Of a stretch of DNA of 64,000 nt, positions 37,301-47,018 are shown in pieces. The first letter of the stretch is position 1; the number at the start of each line of letters is the position of its first letter. The notes below the pieces were generated by a model that did not search any database, had not been told where the DNA came from, and saw only the letters and a program-made list of their open reading frames with translations. The stretch is from Lingula anatina (Eukaryota > Animalia > Brachiopoda): NCBI GenBank assembly GCA_051362555.1, contig CM120645.1:12710001-12774000 (forward strand), given 5' to 3'. The position numbers and the translations under genes were made by a program.

Positions 37301-40300
37301 CTGAGCCTATCCACATAGGAGCAGGAACATCCGAGACTGTACCATCACAAGCCACTGCAGTGACAGCAGGGTTAGACAGTAAAGACACTCTGGCAGGGGT
37401 CTCTGTTGAAAGAGTAAAGCCCTCAGCAACTGTTAATTTTGCTACTCCCGAAGTAGAGGCTAAAACCAGGAATGGGTTCAGGACGCAGTTTTCACCCATG
37501 ACACCAGTGACACCTAGTGATAATTTGTTTGAAGTAAGTTTGAAGGATGTTTTCGTTATTGGACAAAATGACTGTGCCAACATACTACTAGTATTGCTAG
37601 TTAAATACAAAGGCAATTTTTTCCCTTAGTGGAAGTCTATGAGTAACAGATGTTAATACTGTAGTGAGTGACATGATTATATCACTTTTTTAACAGAACT
37701 TTACTGTAAACATGTTTAAAATATTGCTACTTGAATAATTCCTTAAAATAAGATCTGTATAGATGTTATCCAGTGTAGCTTAATACATAGATCGTGACAG
37801 ATTCAGTGAAGATATTTAGTCATTTCTTCTCTCTTTATTTTAGAAGTTTAGCAGGCTGTCAGATGAAGGTCAAGGTGGAGACCTCAGGCACCAGGAGTCC
37901 ACGGAGAGTGAACTTTCAGAATCCATATTAAACCGGCGGAAATCTGCATTAGACCTGGAGTCCGACAGTGAAAAGATAAGTGGGAACAAATTGGACACTG
38001 AAGGTGACAGTGAAATGGCCAGTAACACAGGCCCTGGGGCAAACCCTGGCTGTTCCAGTGAAAATAGTGAACAGAATGAAAATGCCATGTACGAGAGACA
38101 TAAAGAGGATGTGGAGATTACCTCAAGGACTTCAGTTGATTCTAAAAGACCTGATGATGTACTTAATGATAACAGAGTGGAGGAATTCAGTGATAGTGAC
38201 ACTGCCATGCAGACAGATCAGGCTAGTAGCTCTGAGCTTATCACTGCAGGATTATCATCATCATCGTCGTCATCGTTATCGTCATCATATTTGAGTAGAA
38301 AACCAGAGCCAATGGAAGTGGTAACAGAGGCTGCCTCTTCGAATACTACAAATCAAAGACTGCCTGAAATGGACAGCCGTCTGTTACAGGACCAGGAAGG
38401 GAATAGAGCAGGAACCGCATCCATAGACTGTGAAAGGGAGTGTCTACCTGAGGGGGCAGAGCAGCAGGAGGCGGAGAGTTCACAGGTGCCCCCGGTGGAA
38501 TGTTCAGACTCCGTACAAGAGAGGCTGGACGACAGCATGGAGGTGGACTCCAGCTCGCGGACAGTGGACATTGGGGAGAACAGCATGGATGAGGAAAAGA
38601 GCGTGAGCTCCAGTAACGTGGCCGAGTCCAGTTACAGGGCTGGCGGTGAACAGATAGACACTTCCTCCTCCTCCTCCGGCGTGGTTGACCGGAGCCGGGA
38701 GGACAACGTGGCCATAATCAGCACAACATCCAGCACAGATAAGTGCACCAGTGCCCAGGGAATGAACGCTGCAGATGTCAGCTCGAGCATCACGGAGGCG
38801 GTGGACAGCGAGTACACCAGGTTCAGGTCGGATTCTGTGTCCAGTTCTGGTGACCAGTGCAGCAAAGAGTCTGTCAGTTCAACGTTCTCCCCCAAGAAAC
38901 GTTTCTGCCAGTTGGCCAGCATGGAGTCCAGTGTGTCTGAGGGAGTGGGGAGCAGTGCATTGAATGAGGCGCAGCCTTCCTTGCTGCCTGCCACAGTGGA
39001 GGCCACATCCAATTCAGTACAGGAGCCGATGACAGGCGGGCAAGTGCCAACGGAAAGTGGTGCATTTTCTGTGGAGTCGTCTGTGTCCAGTTCCACCCTA
39101 AATACAATGGCATTACAGCAGCAACAGCAGCTGTCTTCACATTTTGGTGCTGTGGGCACGTCGGTGGTGCCAGGGATGTCAGTGGGTGTGGCCACAGTGT
39201 CAGCAACAGTGACCCCAGCTATGGGGACTCCAGGGGAAGTGAGCTCCACAAGTGGGTTGAATCCCACAGCAGGGTCACCACCCACGGCACCGCCACCACC
39301 ATCCAAGAAAAAGGTAACTTGGTTTCTTTGATAGAATTTTTATTATGGTCCTTTTAAACAGCACTTACAGACATATTACTTTTTTTTTAATTATCTGATA
39401 AGTTAGTGCATTTTAAGATGTACAATTTGTAAGTGGTGTTTTTATGTGATTTCATTAAATAGGAAGTAGTTTTCAAAAGAAATATTGTTTAAATCACAGT
39501 AAATTTAACTGCTGAATTTTAATAAATTCCTCATTCTTCAATGAAAAATGTTCTTCCATTAAATGGTGCAGTTTAGTGTGTTTGATTGCCAATAGGTGTC
39601 ACCACTTTCATCAAATAACCAATTAGTTCTCGTTTTCTCCCACCAGGTGTCTCTGTTGGAGTACAGAAAGCGGCGGAAGGACAAGGGCATTGACTCAGCT
39701 AGCAACAGTGCCAGTTCCACCCCAACCAAGACCCCCTCCACCCCAGGGTTCCCCTCCACGTCCCCCAGGCTGACGGGGCCCGTCTCCTCACTCCCCTCCC
39801 TGCCTTTATTTGACAGTGGCATTCCAGCAAGAGAGGGGGAGAGACCAAATATAGGAAGTGAGTACCTTGCATAAGCAACATAGGAAGATATGTATATCTT
39901 TAAAAAGATAATAAATATATATACATATATAAAGTTTGGGGTTGTTGTGTGGAACTTGTGCTGGTCATAACAGCAGGTGCAATCAGATAACTGTCCTTAT
40001 CATTTCCTCTCTCTACAGTGAGGGGACTCTAATGGGGACTTGCTCCAATTGTTTCTATCATAAGTAACATGTTTTGGTTTATATAATGGGTCAAGGTTTG
40101 TGGGGAAAGTCATTTTTTTTCCTATTTGAGGATGATAAGATCAGTCACTGTAAACACCTGTCCACAGGGTTGTTTATCTTCTCTTTTGATGTGGGAAGAA
40201 AATAATGCATTGCTTGGCCTGCCTCCCTATCTCTCCATCTTCATCATTTCTACACCATATTAATCTTTCCAATGATTTCCAAGTCACTGTTAACCATATC

Positions 40301-43300
40301 GGACTGTTGCTCTACATTGTACCTAAAGAGGAAAAATCAGGATGTTTAAGTCAACCACACATTGTAGTCAAGGTAGTCATTTCAACTGGAAGATTAAAAG
40401 GCACTCTTCTGAAAGATAAGAACAAATTGGTTGTAGCTTAATCCCATTTTATTTGCGAGGCGAATGCTTAATCATAACCTTAAAGCGCCTTTGTCTGAAT
40501 ACTCTGCCGCCTTTTTAGTATCAAATGCCTGGGTTTGTTCCTTGAGAATACACCTGTTATTATGGGATTTGGGGAGGAATGACAAATTAATTGTCAACAG
40601 CCAGCTTGGGACAATTTATTCAATGGTCTGGGTGTCTTTATCTGGGGATCATGCTTTTCTTTCCAATGCATGACTTCGTGCTGCAAATTATCCTGAAAGG
40701 CAGAGCTGTGTGAGAGGTCTTGTCACCTGGATTTTGTTTGTCCCCTTGCCCCTGTGTTCATAACAATCTCCTCCAGTTGTTTTTGTCACTGGCTAATCCC
40801 GGCTTAAGAGTCCCCCTCCGCCCTCCTAATTCCAGCCCCAAGCACGGGTTACATATGGGCAAGGGGGTTTTGTGCTCTGGGTAAATATGTGCGTAAAAAG
40901 ACCTGTAGTATTGGTGTGAAGTGAGGGAAACATTACCAACTTAGGGAGTTAAATCAGCATACAAAGGCTTCAGGTATTTTTATGTGACCGGAGTCTGGGT
41001 GGGCATGGAGAAAGACTGTGGCCGTCTTAATGAGGCTGGCGTTGAGAGTGCCTTCCTGACTCGGCTCTCTTGTTGTTCACTGAGCTGTGTAATATCCGTG
41101 TATTCTGTATTGGCACCAGAGGGATTTATTGACAATTTTCATGGACAACAGTAACAAGGAGTAACAGTTAAATCCCACCTCTTGTAGACATATTTCATGC
41201 GAAGTCTGCGTGTTGTTTATTTTTCCCCTGCCTATTGTATCTAGGATATGCTCTGCATTGAGCTGGGTACATTTATTTGCCTAATTCTGCTGCCATAAAA
41301 TATTTGAATGGGTTTAGTGACATTTATTTGAGGCCAGACCTTTTTCTTTCTATAGAAAAAGACCCCATATTTTTTCTGCACCAGTTTGGAAGTCTTAAGA
41401 AAAATTAATTTGTCAATTTCTCCTCCATTTTATGTACTAATAAGTTCTTAGGCAGTTAAAAAATATGCCAAGTTTATTTATCCACTATCATTTATTTTAT
41501 GATATTTCAAGCAGCGTTGAAAAAAAAATATTCTTAAGTTATTTTCCATCCACAGATTTGGAAGAAAAGTTGAAAGCTGTTTTGGCAGCAAACAGAAAAA
41601 ATGACAGTGATGTCCGATGGAAACCACCATCAGCAGCAGCCACCTCCTCCGCGTCGTCGACAATAACAGCACCATTTCCACCAGAGCCAAAACCACCACA
41701 GAAACAGCTCAGCTTGACAGAGAGACTGAGGATGGAGTTTGGGTTGGACGATGAAGAGGAAGAGGAAAAACAGCATTGGACAGGTACATTAACACTGTCA
41801 TCGCTTACTCTTGTTATAAGGCATCAGTTACAAAAAAAAAAAAATTTCTTTTTTTTTTTTCAAAAGTATATTTGCAATCAAAAAAGATACCTGGATGATA
41901 AACTTTTTGCATTTAATCCCCCCCCCCCTCGCCCCAAATAAAATCTGCGTAGACAGTTGAACCTGTTTGCCAGACAAAGTGGAAAAGGGCACAATATTAT
42001 CACCTGTCTTGATGCTGACCAGGAGTGGTATGACAAAGGATGCTGGACTGATGAGAGCAGTTTTAGTAGAAGTAAACCCTTTGTCCACTTAAACATGAAT
42101 ACACTGATATCACCACTGGACAATGTCCGCTTTCTCTCCTATACAAATCACTATATGAGGCCTAAATCCTCCCCTATCTCCCCGGGCCCATATTTCACTG
42201 TCAATTATTTCCCCGGTGCTCTTAATAACAGTGTATCAGACTAGTTAGGGATTGATTATCTCCAGTGATATCTGCTCCAATCATGAGGTAGGACAGCAGT
42301 GAATTAGTTGTCCATTATGTCAGGGTGTAATTGGCCGGCCAGTTATGTCACCTCTGGCGTTATTTCCCTGCTTGGATCACCTGGGTGGCCTGCAGTGAGC
42401 TCTCAACCCATGCTGGACACTAAGTAGCCACCCAGCTGGCTTCTGCCTTGCTGGTCATAATTACTGTATGCTTACATTAATAACTCGGGAGTCGAGCCTG
42501 CTGCTATTGCTGAATGGGAAGTGATGAGTCCGGTCTTATCAGCTGCTCACACACACACGCGCACTTCTCTTTCACTTGTAATCACGTAAGGTCCAAGTGG
42601 GCATACCAGGGGACGTCCAGCAAGTGGGAAAACTTGCTGTGTTTTAAAGCAAGATAGTCACCTATCTTTTCTGTCGTTTATTGAAGACCATTATACATTT
42701 CACTACCCTTCTGCGTGATGACTAGCAAATTGTGTTTTAAGGATAGTTTGCTTCTAATGAACAAAAAAACTTTAGCCATAATTGGCAGAAACAAATTATT
42801 TGTAGATGTAAGTCAGAGTTATTACACGATGATATTTTTAATGTGATATAAAAGTAGATTATGCCAATAGCTCAGCGCATTGATGAATAGATGTTATACA
42901 AATGACTCAATTTTACACATAACATAGCAACAGCAATGAAGGGAGCACTTTCTCCTTGCTTTGTTACAGCAGAGCACCACCGCAGTCCAAGGCGGCATTC
43001 AGACACCCCTCCTCCCCCACCCCCTCCTGACCATCCCCCTCCACCACCCCCAGGGAAACCTGCAGATGGTGAGTGACGGGCTTGCTGTGTGCATTCCTTG
43101 CTTGCTTTTTTGTACAAGCTATTTATTATTTTTATTTTTTCATAGACTTACTTTTGAGTGATTTAATCTTAAATTTGTAGTTGCTGCTCTAGTTGAAGTG
43201 GTAAAGATACTAATTGTAGTATTGTTGAGTTGTGTGTATTTCAGTTGTGGTGTTAAATTGTTTTATCTTTTTTCATATATTTCTGAAATGCCATTGGCAT

Positions 43301-46300
43301 TCATACGAGTTATTTCTTCCTTGTTTATTCGCTTCATCAGTGTTTTTATGAGGAAAATCAAAGTAAAACTGAATCTTCATTTCAGTATATTTTTTGTTGA
43401 AACTAACACACATTCACAGAATAATAAGTGGAAAAGAATAATTTTATTTCTTTCTTTGGTACAGTAGTATCTTTTGGGTGGGTATTCCATGGGTGGCCAA
43501 CGTCTTCAGCTGTTCATCTGTTGTGGCTATGGCCCACTGCGTGCATTATACAGTATGAAATGAAAATTGACGGAGGAAGTCCTCGAAACAAATGTGAGCG
43601 CTTGCGCTCTGACATTGTAAAAGGGTGTTATTTGTTTTGATCCCCAATCTGTCTTGCAATTTGGCAGATGGGTAATTTTGAGGGGAGGTTTCCTGCGGGG
43701 AAAAAAGCGTTTTTATCCAAACCAAGTGAACCTTTGTCTTTTTTAAGTTCTAACTTGGTTACATATATACGTGTCAGATGGCTTGAACCTTTGCCAGGTT
43801 GCGTGTTAGTGTGCTAAAAACGATATTTTGGCAGTTCTTTGTGTGTAGCACCAATTTGACACCGTTTTGTCATGCGAAATTCTTGTAAGAGGGGATATTT
43901 TTTACCAGTGCCAGCAGCAATAATCAGATGTCCCTCAGTCTTCAACATATTCATCGTGGCAATTCAGAATTTCATTTTAACATGTTGCTTTTGTGCCAGT
44001 TGTGTCATGTGTTGCTTTGAAGTCTAGTTTTGATATCATTGAATGTATGTGGAGCAATATAGAGCAATCCAATGTTTTCATGCCTGTCTGGTTAACAGAT
44101 AGGGAGCAAGGCGAGTTACGAGTTCTCACTGCCAAGCACGCCATCGTATATTGGTGGCCATATCACGGGGCTTTGTCTCTCGCAGTTCTCGTCAAACCCT
44201 CACATTGTCCCCCTTTGACAGGCTGCTCTAGTCTCAGCAAGACAGTTGCATGACTGGACCAGGCGTGATGTTATCTTGTCATGGCGGTGTCATGGTGACC
44301 AAGTGTACTGTTACAGGGAAGGAGAGGGGGGAAATTGAGCTGTAATCACCTTTGTCATGAGATCTCTCACTGTGTTTTGAGAGAGAGAGAGAGGGAGAGA
44401 GAGAGGGAGAGAGAGAGAGAGAGAGGGAGGGGGGGTAAATACCACAGGGCCTAGCTATACTTGACATGGATCTCAGGACTGCAGCTAAAAGCGATGACTG
44501 CTGTGTTGATCAATGGTTCTGGCTCCACACAGCCGCTTATCACTGAAAAACTCCCTCAATGCCATCCTACCACCTTAGCTTTATACCTTTCTTTTAATTG
44601 CATAAGGCCAGCCGTGAAAAGTTTCCCTCGGCAGGAGACTTTGGGGCAAGGGAGGCAGCTTTAGCTCGTGAAGTCAGGAAATTGCAACTCCTTCACAATG
44701 GTGCTACTTGTGAGCTTTGTGGAAAAGTTAATCAAACTTGTGCTTGGACTCCATGGTATTGTTGGACTGGGGAGGGGATTTGTAGCACATTAGTGGCTTG
44801 ACCGGTTAAATGACCATTAACTCTGGAGTGGTGCCCTTTCAGTTTCTGTGGGGAACTGTCTGTATGTTGACCACACAAGCTTTTTAACTCTGGTATCTTA
44901 CAGCTTTTATAACACTGCAATTCTCATGCCAATTAAACTTATACTTGCTGTAGGTTCCCTCGAGTGTTTCAATAGATAGCATTTTCTCTTTTCTTTTTTT
45001 TTTTTTTTTTTAAATATTAATTTTGATAGTTTGAATATTGATAATTTTATTTGTTTGGTTATTTTGCATGTGTTGTAGAGTATTTTATGTACATTGAGCC
45101 TGTGACTTGTTATATAAAAGAAAACTCTCAAAAAGCTAGATGTAGTCTTTAGATTTTCAGACTCAGTTAGACTCAGCGTAGAGTGCTGGGATACAAGCTT
45201 GGAGATATTTTATGGGAATTTTTATTTCAAAAACTAGAATTTCTTTCTTTTTCTGGATTGTATTGGTAGGCCACTGGAAGATAAAGTTATCATTGGAAGT
45301 ATATATCAAAAAAAATCCTTGAAATATTCACTTAAATAATGGAAAAAATTGTTCCAGTCTGCAGCTATGTACATCTATACATGCTTTATATCTTCAGATC
45401 CCGGCTCCAGCCAGATGCGATTCCTACCTTCCCAGGGTCGGCCATGTGGTGCCCCACCCCCTCAGATGGTGCCTCCACCCCCTGCAGCTGTGGGCCACCC
45501 TATACCATCTCTGATACCAGGGATGCCACCAAATGTAGCCTATGCTACACAGCCAGCACCTTTCACTCAACAAGGTAGGGACACAGGCTTATAGCTGGTG
45601 AGCTCTTGGAATTTGAACAGGATGTAAATGTGATTTGAATAACATGGAAAGTCTTTTTAGTTTTTCTCCCAAGGTAGAAGGGTAAAAATACCTCTACACT
45701 GATAAAACAGGGAAATAATTACTTCATTTTAATCTTAAAAGATAATTGTTTTTCTGTTGCAGGAGGGATAGCAAAGGGTCCTCCCCACTACCCCCCTCCC
45801 CCCAGTAGAGGGGTGCCAGTACAGACCCTGATGCCAGGGACACCCAAGGGGTACAGTACAGGTGGACCAGAGTTACAGCACACTCCTGCCTTCTCCACAG
45901 GAGTTCAACAGCAGCAGCAGCAACAACAACAACAACAGAAACAGCAGCAGCCACCTTATGCATTTACACAGCAGCAGCAGAGCAGTCAGAGTGTGGCGTA
46001 CCCACAGTCTGTAGTGACTTTCCCTACGCAGCCCCCCCAGAGGAGCCGCACGCCCCCGTCTGCTGGCAGCACAGTTGGAGGTGGGGGGACGCCACAACAG
46101 GGGCCTCTGTTACCTCTTCCACAACAGCAGTCAGCTCAGCAACAACAACAACAACAGCAGCAGCAATCTGGGTACAGCAGAGACCAACCCAGACCCATAC
46201 CATCACTGCTCTCTCTGAACACTGCCCCTGCACCAAGCTTATTGAATACGCCTCCACCCAGTTCAAACTTTAAGAGTCGATTTGGTTCTGGAAAGAAGAA

Positions 46301-46310
46301 AAGATTTTGA
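22289..46310 (+). CDS. KMT2E: Inactive histone-lysine N-methyltransferase 2E / SETD5 family protein (MLL5/UpSET-like; PHD + pseudo-SET), 26 coding exons, ~1885 aa
   Basis: All exons GT-AG and phase-compatible (sum 5658 nt including stop). Recognisable motifs: MSI N-terminus, GLPYQDHNYG, PHD VTRCIC...[27 protein letters not shown]...[63 protein letters not shown]. Probably the single invertebrate co-ortholog of KMT2E and SETD5; the intact PHD is KMT2E-like. Confidence 0.93.
22888..22975 (+). CDS. KMT2E: KMT2E-like coding exon 2
   Basis: poly-T/acag acceptor, ends GCFGLPYQ|gtaagt. Confidence 0.85.
23241..23339. mobile_element. Small degenerate MITE (CAGGGGCGGATCC-type termini)
   Basis: caggggcagat ... 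ggatccgcctctg; same terminus type as 57757-58016; no clear TSD. Confidence 0.5.
24534..24892. mobile_element. 359-bp MITE with 6-bp TSD (hAT-like CAG termini)
   Basis: 14-bp perfect TIRs cagacatgctgaaa / tttcagcatgtctg flanked by direct repeat caaata. Confidence 0.85.
25748..26094 (+). CDS. KMT2E: KMT2E-like coding exon 3 (DHNY motif, first half of PHD)
   Basis: [17 protein letters not shown]...[21 protein letters not shown]; tttcag / gtgagt. Confidence 0.93.
27314..27453 (+). CDS. KMT2E: KMT2E-like coding exon 4 (second half of PHD)
   Basis: [34 protein letters not shown]; cttccag / gtaagg. Confidence 0.93.
28298..28372. repeat. (ATT)n microsatellite
   Basis: Read directly; source of the spurious poly-L and poly-I ORFs. 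Confidence 0.97.
28635..28879 (+). CDS. KMT2E: KMT2E-like coding exon 5 (Lys-rich)
   Basis: DTSSDSDNE...PTSITLT...KKKNS; tttcag / gtaagc; phase fits. Confidence 0.88.
29128..29166 (+). CDS. KMT2E: KMT2E-like coding exon 6 (39 bp)
   Basis: [13 protein letters not shown], similar to vertebrate AFREGSRKSSRVK; ttccag / gtaagc. Confidence 0.82.
30037..30107 (+). CDS. KMT2E: KMT2E-like coding exon 7
   Basis: [23 protein letters not shown]; ttttcctgcag / gtgagt. Confidence 0.82.
30400..30490 (+). CDS. KMT2E: KMT2E-like coding exon 8
   Basis: [14 protein letters not shown] (family motif WxDxYEEAxxNQY); tttag / gtgagt. Confidence 0.88.
30785..30868 (+). CDS. KMT2E: KMT2E-like coding exon 9
   Basis: [10 protein letters not shown]...VAQVAHNRK; ttttcag / gtaagc. 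Confidence 0.85.
31409..31515 (+). CDS. KMT2E: KMT2E-like coding exon 10 (SET N-part)
   Basis: [27 protein letters not shown]...FFKR; ttgcag / gtaaag. Confidence 0.92.
31823..32050 (+). CDS. KMT2E: KMT2E-like coding exon 11 (SET core)
   Basis: [42 protein letters not shown]...[10 protein letters not shown]; ttctag / gtaagt. Confidence 0.95.
32445..32528 (+). CDS. KMT2E: KMT2E-like coding exon 12 (post-SET cysteines)
   Basis: [17 protein letters not shown]; tttgcag / gtaaga. Confidence 0.9.
32775..32928 (+). CDS. KMT2E: KMT2E-like coding exon 13
   Basis: [15 protein letters not shown]...THMDE; ttaacag / gttagt; phase fits. Confidence 0.82.
33310..33420 (+). CDS. KMT2E: KMT2E-like coding exon 14
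   Basis: DHPDSTDD...EAERQKNM; ttcctag / gtacgt. Confidence 0.82.
33652..33783 (+). CDS. KMT2E: KMT2E-like coding exon 15 (conserved coiled coil)
   Basis: [31 protein letters not shown], the family-conserved REERKMxAI motif. Confidence 0.92.
33947..34005 (+). CDS. KMT2E: KMT2E-like coding exon 16
   Basis: [19 protein letters not shown]; ttgtag / gtaaat; needed for phase. Confidence 0.8.
34363..34564 (+). CDS. KMT2E: KMT2E-like coding exon 17
   Basis: [16 protein letters not shown]...FRFPKTKK; ctacag / gtaagt. Confidence 0.9.
35197..35412 (+). CDS. KMT2E: KMT2E-like coding exon 18
   Basis: [10 protein letters not shown]...LGSAKK; tcctag / weak donor gttttt. Confidence 0.88.
35910..36039 (+). 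CDS. KMT2E: KMT2E-like coding exon 19
   Basis: RWLRQAMFE completes the KKRWLRQA motif; tttgcag / gtaggg. Confidence 0.88.
36628..37090. mobile_element. Probable young non-autonomous insertion starting with a perfect 26-bp palindrome
   Basis: T-run then GTTTAAATCTCTT|AAGAGATTTAAAC (36628-36653), followed by CpG-rich sequence in an otherwise CpG-poor gene body; right end approximate. Confidence 0.45.
37205..37533 (+). CDS. KMT2E: KMT2E-like coding exon 20
   Basis: [15 protein letters not shown]...NLFE; ttttcag / gtaagt. Confidence 0.88.
37844..39313 (+). CDS. KMT2E: KMT2E-like coding exon 21 (1470 bp, Ser/acidic low complexity)
   Basis: Open frame containing the 446-aa ORF; ttttag / gtaact; ends PPPPSKKK. 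Confidence 0.9.
39647..39857 (+). CDS. KMT2E: KMT2E-like coding exon 22
   Basis: [11 protein letters not shown] family motif; caccag / gtgagt. Confidence 0.9.
41556..41783 (+). CDS. KMT2E: KMT2E-like coding exon 23
   Basis: [11 protein letters not shown]...[13 protein letters not shown]; ccacag / gtacat; phase 1-1. Confidence 0.8.
42970..43068 (+). CDS. KMT2E: KMT2E-like coding exon 24 (poly-Pro)
   Basis: [32 protein letters not shown]; ttacag / gtgagt; phase 1-1. Confidence 0.8.
44378..44429. repeat. (GA)n microsatellite
   Basis: Read directly from sequence. Confidence 0.92.
45398..45574 (+). CDS. KMT2E: KMT2E-like coding exon 25 (Pro-rich)
   Basis: [13 protein letters not shown]...PFTQQ; cttcag / gtaggg; phase 1-1. 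Confidence 0.8.
45763..46310 (+). CDS. KMT2E: KMT2E-like last coding exon 26 (Pro/Gln-rich, poly-Q)
   Basis: ttgcag acceptor, in frame with ORF 45813-46310; ends GSGKKKRF*. Confidence 0.85.
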
Positions 46311-46640
46311 AATGGATTGCAGGGCCTCTTCTCGCGTGATTGTGTAATTGTTAATTATACACATAGTGTTGCTGAGATAATTTCAGTAACAACGATATTC
46401 ATGCTTTAGAAAAAAGAAAACAGTCTGTCTTTCTTGTTGTTTTACGTACAACAAGGAATTGCTTTTTTGCAAGTTGGGTAAGAAAGATGAAAACACGTAA
46501 TTGTTTTTAAATGTACAGCCTATTTAAGGACATCCTCTTCTACATCTTGCATGTAAGAGATAGCCGCAGAGGTCTCCTAACTGCCATGGACCGCCAAGGT
46601 CCCTCTTGTACAAACCTGCCACCGCCCTGTAAATGTGACT

Positions 46641-47018
46641 TGTATATAGATCTAGGTGGCTGTAGCTCCTCGGCTTCGGTGATGTATATTGAACGCTTAT
46701 TTTTGTTTGTACACAGTAGTGAAATGGTTGTACAGCGCTTCAGTGAGGTGAACTTCGAATCATACTGTTTAGTGTACATAGGTTTACACTATTATTTAGT
46801 GTATATAGGATTACACCGTGTGCTTAGTTGTGTATGTACAGATAGTAGATAACTACCCAGCCATAAGCGCTAGGTAGACGTTCTCAATGACATTTGTCAG
46901 TGACGCATAAATATTACTATATATGTAAATGTCACAGAGATTGTCTGTAGTTACGCGTGTAAATAACAGTGCGGACGGTCTCCTCGGTGAAACGAGACCC
47001 AAGCCTAATTTGTACATA
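46641..47018 (+). promoter_or_regulatory. Cluster of five Pumilio response elements (TGTANATA)
   Basis: TGTATATA 46641, TGTACATA 46773, TGTATATA 46800, TGTAAATA 46958, TGTACATA 47011. Confidence 0.6.

Noticed and set aside
38632-39306. 224-aa minus-strand ORF (also 37185-37616, 25756-26148 and plus-strand 16506-16957)
   Set aside because: Antisense shadows of real coding exons; no independent homology or splice structure.
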